NCBI GenBank assembly: GCA_959606705.1
Contig: CAUHLX010000045.1
Location: 1 to 12,240 of the forward strand
Direction: 5' to 3'
DNA length: 12,240 nucleotides
DNA from: an uncultured Bacillota bacterium
GTDB lineage: Bacteria; Bacillota; Clostridia; Peptostreptococcales; Anaerovoracaceae
Shown here: positions 6,746-12,240 of the stretch, one piece after another
How the letters are laid out: each line of letters begins with the position of its first letter
How positions within the stretch are numbered: position 1 is the first letter of the stretch
The notes under the pieces: generated by a model
The model's input: the letters and a program-made list of their open reading frames with translations, nothing else
What the model was told of the DNA's origin: nothing
Database searches by the model: none
Position numbers and translations under genes: made by a program

Positions 6746-8974
6746 TCAGATTTTTTTCAGCGGAGCGATATCCAGGGCCAGCTTCTTGATCCCCGCGGAA
6801 TCAAAGGCCACGGTCACCGTATTCCCTTTCACCTCGATGACCAATCCCTCTCCGAACTTGCTGTGCGAGACCTTGTCGCCGGCAGCCAAATCCGTTCCCG
6901 CCACCGACGGCTTCGCGGTTTTGTTGGACTTGATGCTGCTCAGCTGAGCGAAGGGCTTGAAAATCCCTCCCTCGCTATAGGTTCCTGACTTGTAGGAGCC
7001 GGTTCGCTCCTCCGACCAGCCGCCCAGATGGCTATTCTCCTTCTTGACGTAAACAGCGTCTCCGCACAGGAGCGACTGATCCATTTCCCGGAGAAACTGC
7101 GACTCCCGCGTGTAATCCGTCTTGCCGTACAGCGTTCGCATGGCCGCGCTGGAAAGATAGAGCCGTTCCCGGGCCCGGGTCATTCCCACGTAACAGAGCC
7201 GCCGTTCCTCCTCCAGCCCGTCGGGCTTTTCAAAGGATCTCCAGCTGGGAAACAGACCGTCCTCCATGCCGGGAATAAAGACCACCGGGAATTCCAGACC
7301 CTTGGCGCTGTGCAGGGTCATGAGCACCACCGCGTTTTCATCCGCATTATGATTGTCCACCTCCGCCACCAATGCGATCTTTTCCATGAATTCGGAAAGG
7401 CTGATGGCTAGATTTTCATTTTCATAATCGTAGATGACAGACTTGAATTCCAGAAGGTTTTCGATCCTTCCTTCCGCTTCCACGGTACCGGCCTGTTCCA
7501 GCGCCGTAAGATATCCCGTCCGGACCAGCAGTCCGTCATAGAGATCCGATACCTTGAGGTTCTCCTTTTCCCGGGAAAACTGCAGCACCGCCTCCACCAT
7601 TTCCCGCACCGCCGCGGAGGCCTTCGCCGGAAGACTTGCCGACACCTCCTCGTCGCACAATACTTCAAACATGCTCTCCCCCCGGACCTGAGCCAGAGCC
7701 CGAAGCTTATCCACCGTCTTGTCGCCGATCCCCCTTTTGGGTTCGTTGATGATCCGCGTCAAGCTCAGATCGTCCGACGGATTCTGTACCAGACGCATGT
7801 AGCACATCATATCCTTGACTTCCTTGCGGTCGTAATACCGGAAACCGCCCAGCACCCGATAAGGAATCTCCTTCGCCGTAAAGGCTTCTTCAAACCGTCT
7901 GGACTGGCTGTTGGTCCGATACAGCACCGCAAAGTCGGAATAACGGTTTTCCCGGGTCTTCAGCCGGTCGATTTCCGCCGCGATATACCGCGCCTCTTCC
8001 TTGTCGTCATCCGCCCGGTAATAGTGGATTTTCTCGCCCTTTTCCTTCTCCGTCCAAAGCTGCTTCGGTTTTCTTCCGTGATTCTTTTCAATCACCGAAT
8101 GCGCCGCGTCCAGGATATTGCCCAAAGACCGATAGTTCTGCTCCAGTTTGATGACCTTCGTATTGGGAAAATCTTTTTCAAAGTCCAGAATATTTTTAAT
8201 GTCAGCGCCCCGCCACTGATAAATACACTGATCGTCGTCCCCCACTACACAGATATTGTTGTGTCCTTCCGCCAGCAGCCGGATGAAGCGATACTGCATG
8301 AAGTTGGTATCCTGATATTCGTCCACCATGATGTAGCGAAACTTTTTTTGATAGTACAGCAGAGTTTCCTCGTCCCGTTCAAAGAGCTGGACCGTGCGGA
8401 GGATCAAATCGTCAAAGTCCATGGCATTGTTGTGCTTCAAGGTCTGCTCGTAGCCGGCGTAAAGAGGTCCCAGCTTCTTGCTGCGGAGATCTTCCCCGTG
8501 CTCCCTCATATACTGTTCCGGTCCGATGTTCTTTTCCTTGCAGTCGCTGATCACCGAGAGCACATAGGCCGGCGTGAACTTCTTGTCGTCGATGTTCTGC
8601 TCCTTCAGCAGATTCTTGATCACCACCTTCTGGTCCGTGGGATCATAGACCACGAAGTCCCGGTCGTAGCCGATCTTTTCCGCGTTCCTTCTCAAAATGC
8701 GCAGACAGGCGGAGTGGAAGGTGAGAATCCACATGTTGATGTTTTCACCGATGAGTTCCTCCACTCGATCCCGCATTTCCTTGGCGGCTTTATTGGTAAA
8801 GGTCACCGCCAGAATGGCGGAGGGGTAGACTCCCCGCTCCCGAATCAAGTAAGCGATCCGGTGAGTCATAGTGCTGGTCTTTCCGCTGCCCGCCCCGGCC
8901 AGAATCAGCAGCGGTCCTTCTACGTGAGTAGCCGCCTCTCTCTGCGGTGGATTTAGTTTGTTCAAATAATCCAT
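6746..8974 (-). CDS. pcrA: ATP-dependent DNA helicase PcrA (UvrD/Rep superfamily 1A)
   Basis: The protein has the Walker A motif GAGSGKTS, the MVDEYQDTN motif, and the YRS...VLMTLHSAKGLEFPVVFI and YVGMTRARERL helicase motifs. The C-terminal Tudor-like segment GDKVSHSKFGEGLVIEVKG is characteristic of PcrA. A GGAGA ribosome-binding site lies upstream. The CDS is 742 aa. Confidence 0.9.
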   Translation of the reverse strand: MDYLNKLNPPQREAATHVEGPLLILAGAGSGKTSTMTHRIAYLIRERGVYPSAILAVTFTNKAAKEMRDRVEELIGENINMWILTFHSACLRILRRNAEKIGYDRDFVVYDPTDQKVVIKNLLKEQNIDDKKFTPAYVLSVISDCKEKNIGPEQYMREHGEDLRSKKLGPLYAGYEQTLKHNNAMDFDDLILRTVQLFERDEETLLYYQKKFRYIMVDEYQDTNFMQYRFIRLLAEGHNNICVVGDDDQCIYQWRGADIKNILDFEKDFPNTKVIKLEQNYRSLGNILDAAHSVIEKNHGRKPKQLWTEKEKGEKIHYYRADDDKEEARYIAAEIDRLKTRENRYSDFAVLYRTNSQSRRFEEAFTAKEIPYRVLGGFRYYDRKEVKDMMCYMRLVQNPSDDLSLTRIINEPKRGIGDKTVDKLRALAQVRGESMFEVLCDEEVSASLPAKASAAVREMVEAVLQFSREKENLKVSDLYDGLLVRTGYLTALEQAGTVEAEGRIENLLEFKSVIYDYENENLAISLSEFMEKIALVAEVDNHNADENAVVLMTLHSAKGLEFPVVFIPGMEDGLFPSWRSFEKPDGLEEERRLCYVGMTRARERLYLSSAAMRTLYGKTDYTRESQFLREMDQSLLCGDAVYVKKENSHLGGWSEERTGSYKSGTYSEGGIFKPFAQLSSIKSNKTAKPSVAGTDLAAGDKVSHSKFGEGLVIEVKGNTVTVAFDSAGIKKLALDIAPLKKI

Positions 8975-9054
8975 ATGCTTTCTCCGTTTCCTCTTTCCGG
9001 CTCAATCCGTTTCATGGAAAATCGGACCCGGACGGTCCGTTTTCGCGCCTGTCC

Positions 9055-9083
9055 ATCTTACCATAGCGGCGAACAAAAAACAA
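9055..9083 (-). promoter_or_regulatory. Candidate pcrA promoter TTGTTT-17-TGgTAAGAT on the minus strand
   Basis: The -35 box is the complement of 9078-9083. The extended -10 box is the complement of 9055-9063. This is a hexamer match only; it places a small hairpin plus U-tract (9018-9043) in the pcrA 5' UTR. Confidence 0.3.
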
Positions 9084-9153
9084 TGGAGGGCGGAGAGGTC
9101 GAAAGCTGTCGAAAACCAAGAGATATTGTCATGCGAAAGAGGTGAAAAATCCC

Positions 9154-9181
9154 TTGCGCCAATTTTCCTTTGGAATACAAT
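9154..9181 (+). promoter_or_regulatory. Candidate ktrBA promoter TTGCGC-16-TACAAT
   Basis: TTGCGC is at 9154-9159 and TACAAT at 9176-9181. This gives a leader of about 60-80 nt to the ktrB start. Confidence 0.3.
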
Positions 9182-9248
9182 AGATTCCATGCCCTTCATG
9201 GAAACGGGCAATCATCATACTACAGTTGATAGGAAAGAAGGGATTTCA

Positions 9249-10553
9249 TTGGTCAAAAAGGCGTCGAAGATGGCACCGGCGAAAATCATCGCCCTCAGCT
9301 TTTTTTCCGCCATTCTTCTGGGAGCTTGTCTGCTCAAGCTGCCTTGTTCCATTCGACCGGACGCGGCAGTCTCTTGGATTGACGCGTTTTTCACCTCCAC
9401 CAGCGCGGTGTGCGTCACGGGGCTGATCGCGGTGGATACGGCGGACACCTTCACCGTGTTCGGGAGAGGTGTGGTAGCCTTCCTCATTCAGATCGGAGGC
9501 CTGGGCGTCACCTCCATCGGCGCGGGGGTCATTCTCATCGCCGGAAAGCGCATGGGCTTCGCTCACCGCACTCTGGTGCGGGAGGCTTGGAACGTCAGCT
9601 CACTCAAGGGCATCGCCAAGCTGGTGCGCGCGGTTCTGCTGATGACTTTGGGTTTCGAGGTCCTGGGTGCGATCTTGAGCTTCCCTGTGTTTCTCCGGGA
9701 TTATCCCGCGGCGGACGCTCTGGGCATCAGCCTGTTTCACTCCATCGCCGCGTTCAACAACTCCGGCTTTGACATTCTGGGAGGAATGCAAAATCTGATC
9801 CCCTACCGTGACGATATCCTCCTCAATCTGACCACCTGTGCACTGATCATCTTCGGCGGGATCGGCTTCCTGGTCATCTTGGATCTGGGCAAGGCGTTGA
9901 AGCTGCGTTCGATCCGCAAGCTGACGCTGCACTCCAAGGTGGTGCTTTCCACCACCGCCGTTCTGCTGATCGCGGGAACGGTACTGTTGAAGCTGACGGA
10001 CCGAATTTCCTGGCTCTGCGCCTTTTTCCAGAGCACCTCGGCCCGCACCGCAGGTTTCTGCACCTGTCCCATCGGAAGCTTGAGCAGCGCGGGGCTTCTG
10101 GTGCTGATCGTGCTCATGTTCATCGGAGCTTCCCCCGGCTCTACCGGCGGCGGTATCAAGACCACCACCTTGTTCGTGCTGATTCAATCGGTGAGAAGTA
10201 CCATCACCAATCGCAGGTGTGAAGCCTTTCACCGTCAGTTTCAGCGGGAAGCGATCTCCAAAGCGTTCCTCATCACGCTGCTGGCCGGGGTCCTAGTCAT
10301 TCTGGGAACCTTCCTGCTCTGTGTCTTAGAGCCGGAGCTCCCTTTCTTGAACAATTTCTTTGAAATCACATCGGCCTTCGGCACCGTAGGGCTCTCCACG
10401 GGAATCACCGCGAGCTTAAATGCCGGAGCCAAGCTGGTGGTGATTTTAATCATGTTCATTGGACGGCTGGGTCCCTTGACCTTCGCCACTCTCTGGGCCG
10501 CCAAAGAGGCCCCGCAGATCCGTTACACAGAAGAAATGATCACCATCGGGTAA
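9249..10553 (+). CDS. ktrB: Potassium uptake protein KtrB/TrkH family (membrane subunit)
   Basis: The protein has four P-loop-like segments with Gly filter residues (TSTSAVCVTGL, NNSGFDILGG, STSARTAGF, TSAFGTVGLS) and many transmembrane helices. The start is chosen as TTG 9249, which has an AGGAAAGAAGGG ribosome-binding site. An alternative ATG at 9270 is possible. The ORF-track start at 9126 has no ribosome-binding site and extends into the promoter region. Confidence 0.8.
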   Translation: MVKKASKMAPAKIIALSFFSAILLGACLLKLPCSIRPDAAVSWIDAFFTSTSAVCVTGLIAVDTADTFTVFGRGVVAFLIQIGGLGVTSIGAGVILIAGKRMGFAHRTLVREAWNVSSLKGIAKLVRAVLLMTLGFEVLGAILSFPVFLRDYPAADALGISLFHSIAAFNNSGFDILGGMQNLIPYRDDILLNLTTCALIIFGGIGFLVILDLGKALKLRSIRKLTLHSKVVLSTTAVLLIAGTVLLKLTDRISWLCAFFQSTSARTAGFCTCPIGSLSSAGLLVLIVLMFIGASPGSTGGGIKTTTLFVLIQSVRSTITNRRCEAFHRQFQREAISKAFLITLLAGVLVILGTFLLCVLEPELPFLNNFFEITSAFGTVGLSTGITASLNAGAKLVVILIMFIGRLGPLTFATLWAAKEAPQIRYTEEMITIG

Positions 10554-10571
10554 AAATAAAGGAGAATTTTT

Positions 10572-11234
10572 ATGTTTCAAAATAATAAAACTGCCGCTGT
10601 GGGCATCGTCGGCCTGGGCCGCTTCGGAATGGCCCTGGCCAAACGCCTCAGCGAGCTGGGAAAAGAAGTGCTGGTCATCGACGAGAACGAATCCAAGCTC
10701 AGAGAGCTTCGGGAGTACACGGACTTTGCCTTCGTGGTCGGCGATCTGTCCAAGGAGGCTCTGCGGGAAACGGGGATTCAAAACTGTGAGGTGGCCATCA
10801 TCTGTATCGGAGAAAAAATCGACGTGAGCATTTTGGCCACGCTGAACGTCGTCAGTCTGGGCGTTCCCCGAGTCATCGCCAAAGCCATCAGCAGCGAGCA
10901 CGGATGTGTTCTCGAGAAAATCGGCGCCGAGGTGGTCTACCCGGAACGGGATATGGCCCTGCGGCTGGCAAACCGCATTGTCACACGAAACGTACTGGAC
11001 TATCTCACGCTGAACAGCGACATGGAAATCTCCGAAGTTCAGATTCCCGACCGTCTCGTGGGAAAAACCATCGATGAAGCGGAGACCAGAAAAAAATACG
11101 GGGTCAATATTATCGCCATCGAACAGGGCAGCGGCATTTTGACGGAAATCGATCCGGAGAGGCACTTTGAGGAAGACGATGTTCTGGTGATCATCGGCTC
11201 GAAAAAGAACGTGCAGCAGTTCGGGACCGAATAG
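10572..11234 (+). CDS. ktrA: Potassium uptake protein KtrA/TrkA family (cytoplasmic RCK_N plus RCK_C gating subunit)
   Basis: The Rossmann motif GIVGLGRFGMALAKRL (RCK_N) and a C-terminal TrkA_C domain are present. An AGGAG ribosome-binding site lies 7 nt upstream. The gene starts 18 nt after the ktrB stop, so the two form an operon. The CDS is 220 aa. Confidence 0.85.
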   Translation: MFQNNKTAAVGIVGLGRFGMALAKRLSELGKEVLVIDENESKLRELREYTDFAFVVGDLSKEALRETGIQNCEVAIICIGEKIDVSILATLNVVSLGVPRVIAKAISSEHGCVLEKIGAEVVYPERDMALRLANRIVTRNVLDYLTLNSDMEISEVQIPDRLVGKTIDEAETRKKYGVNIIAIEQGSGILTEIDPERHFEEDDVLVIIGSKKNVQQFGTE

Positions 11235-11250
11235 TCTCCAACCGCGAAAA

Positions 11251-11298
11251 AAAGCCCTGTCTCCTAGCTCTACGGCTGGAAACAGGGCTTTTTTAGAA
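11251..11298. terminator. Bidirectional intrinsic terminator between ktrA (+) and rubrerythrin (-)
   Basis: A 10-bp stem AAAGCCCTGT (11251-11260) pairs with ACAGGGCTTT (11283-11292). A-tract 11245-11253 and T-tract 11289-11294 flank it. Confidence 0.65.
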
Positions 11299-11829
11299 AT
11301 TCTCCGCCTTCACTTCGAAGTAAGATTTCGGGTGGTTGCAGACCGGGCAAACCTCAAAGGCCTTCTTGCCGACATAAGTGTGTCCGCAGTTTCTGCACAT
11401 CCAAACAACATCCTCGTCCTTTTCAAACACCTTGTTGTTCTTGACGTTCTCCGCCAGCTTCCGATAACGCTCCTCGTGCAGCTTTTCAATGGCCGCAACG
11501 CCGGCAAACTTAGCCGCGATTTCGGTGAAGCCCTCTTCCTTCGCTTCCTCCGCCATGCGGGCGTACATGTCGGTCCACTCGTAGTTCTCACCCTCTGCGG
11601 CGGTGATCAGATTTTCCTCGGTGGTTCCGATGCCTTCCGCATATTTGTACCACAGCTCAGCGTGCTCCTTCTCGTTGGCCGCGGTCTCCAGGAAGATGGC
11701 CGCAATCTGCTCAAAGCCTTCCTTCTTGGCCTTGGAAGCAAAGAACGTATACTTGTTTCTGGCCTGAGATTCGCCGGAAAACGCGTCCAGCAAATTCTGT
11801 AATGTTTTCGTACCCTTTAAATCTTTCAT
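11293..11829 (-). CDS. rbr: Rubrerythrin (ferritin-like diiron domain plus a C-terminal rubredoxin-like Cys4 domain)
   Basis: The protein begins [34 protein letters not shown] and has the EXXH diiron motifs (EKEHAELW; EKLHEERY) and a C-terminal CRNCGH...CPVCNHP. The start is set at ATG 11829 with an AAGGAGG ribosome-binding site 8 nt upstream. The ORF-track start at 11895 adds a non-homologous 22-aa extension. Confidence 0.85.
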   Translation of the reverse strand: MKDLKGTKTLQNLLDAFSGESQARNKYTFFASKAKKEGFEQIAAIFLETAANEKEHAELWYKYAEGIGTTEENLITAAEGENYEWTDMYARMAEEAKEEGFTEIAAKFAGVAAIEKLHEERYRKLAENVKNNKVFEKDEDVVWMCRNCGHTYVGKKAFEVCPVCNHPKSYFEVKAENF

Positions 11830-11919
11830 TTTTTCGTCCTCCTTATTTCTCTCACAGGATGCTCCACTAACAATCAATATGTGCAAACGCCGCATTTCAT
11901 ACGGCCGCCGCAGTCTTTT

Positions 11920-12240
11920 TTAATTGGACTGATCCTTGACACAGTCCGGACAGAGACCTTCGAATAGAATTTCAAAGCCTTCGACCCGAATCCCGCTTTC
12001 CTGTGCGGCCTTTCGAGCCAGTCCCTCAAGCGCTTCGCACCGGATATCCACCAGTTCTCCACAGCTTCGGCAGATCATGTGATAATGCGGATGGAGCGCG
12101 CCGTCAAAACGATCGGGTCCTCCCGCCATCTTCAGCTTGCGGATCTTGCCGTCCTCAGCCAGCTGATTGAGGTTCCGATAAACAGTACCCAAACTCAAGC
12201 CGGGATTTTCTTCCTTGAGTTTATTATAGATGAAATCCGC
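11920..12240 (-). CDS. Fur-family transcriptional regulator, PerR-like. This is the 3' portion; the N-terminus lies beyond the window end.
   Basis: The frame is open to nt 12240 and reads ADFIYNKLKEENPGLSLGTVYRNLNQLAEDGKIRKL. This is followed by the HPHYHMICRSCG...CPDC metal sites typical of Fur/PerR. Its position next to rubrerythrin suggests a PerR-type peroxide regulator. Confidence 0.75.
   Translation of the reverse strand, partial: ADFIYNKLKEENPGLSLGTVYRNLNQLAEDGKIRKLKMAGGPDRFDGALHPHYHMICRSCGELVDIRCEALEGLARKAAQESGIRVEGFEILFEGLCPDCVKDQSN

Noticed and set aside
8024-8956. 310-aa ORF antisense within pcrA, plus similar long antisense ORFs at 5542-6123, 9600-10232, 9803-10168 and 10446-11165
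   Set aside because: High-GC genomes produce long stop-free antisense frames. None has a ribosome-binding site or a recognisable domain, and all lie inside well-supported genes (flotillin, ktrB, ktrA, pcrA).
9002-9211. 69-aa ORF on the minus strand in the pcrA-ktrB intergenic region
   Set aside because: It uses a TTG start without a ribosome-binding site, has no recognisable fold or motif, and overlaps the predicted promoters and leader structures. It is more likely non-coding.
9126-9248. ORF-track start of ktrB at 9126, which adds 41-48 extra N-terminal residues
   Set aside because: The extension is non-hydrophobic, has no ribosome-binding site, and overlaps the candidate promoter. KtrB homologs begin shortly before the first transmembrane helix.
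8975-9270. c-di-AMP (ydaO) riboswitch upstream of ktrB
   Set aside because: The leader is too short, and I cannot see the characteristic duplicated G-rich pseudo-symmetric modules. I keep this only as a testable negative (see findings) rather than a feature.
11830-11895. 22-aa N-terminal extension of rubrerythrin ([22 protein letters not shown])
   Set aside because: Rubrerythrins start at MKDLKG.., and a strong AAGGAGG ribosome-binding site lies inside the extension, immediately upstream of the internal ATG at 11829.

Overview
Window content: a chromosomal core-type region from a high-GC Firmicute, probably a Clostridia-class anaerobe. The evidence is AGGAGG-type ribosome-binding sites, near-consensus sigma-A promoters, and a rubrerythrin gene next to a Fur/PerR-family regulator gene. 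It contains 11 protein genes with no overlaps and no RNA genes, CRISPR arrays or mobile elements. In order: the 3' part of a GH26 glycoside hydrolase (+); an acyltransferase-3 family membrane protein (-); citrate synthase (+); an XRE-family HTH regulator (-) divergent from a two-gene NfeD-flotillin membrane-microdomain operon (+); the UvrD-family helicase PcrA (-); a ktrB-ktrA potassium-uptake operon (+); and rubrerythrin (-) followed by the 3' part of a Fur/PerR-family regulator (-). Convergent gene pairs are separated by strong hairpins with an A-tract on one side and a T-tract on the other, read here as bidirectional intrinsic terminators. The most notable signal is a duplicated ~31-bp element with a GTAAAT-N3-ATTTAC palindromic core in the regulator/NfeD-flotillin divergent region. 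One copy overlaps the +1 of a perfect TTGACA-17-TATAAT promoter and the other lies in the regulator's own leader, which suggests a dedicated auto-regulated repressor for the flotillin module. The NfeD protein also carries an unusual Asp/Gly-rich periodic insert. The ORF-track starts of four genes (2060, 4419, 9126, 11895) look like spurious N-terminal extensions, and downstream starts with good ribosome-binding sites are proposed. Nothing in the window is horizontally acquired or defence-related in character.
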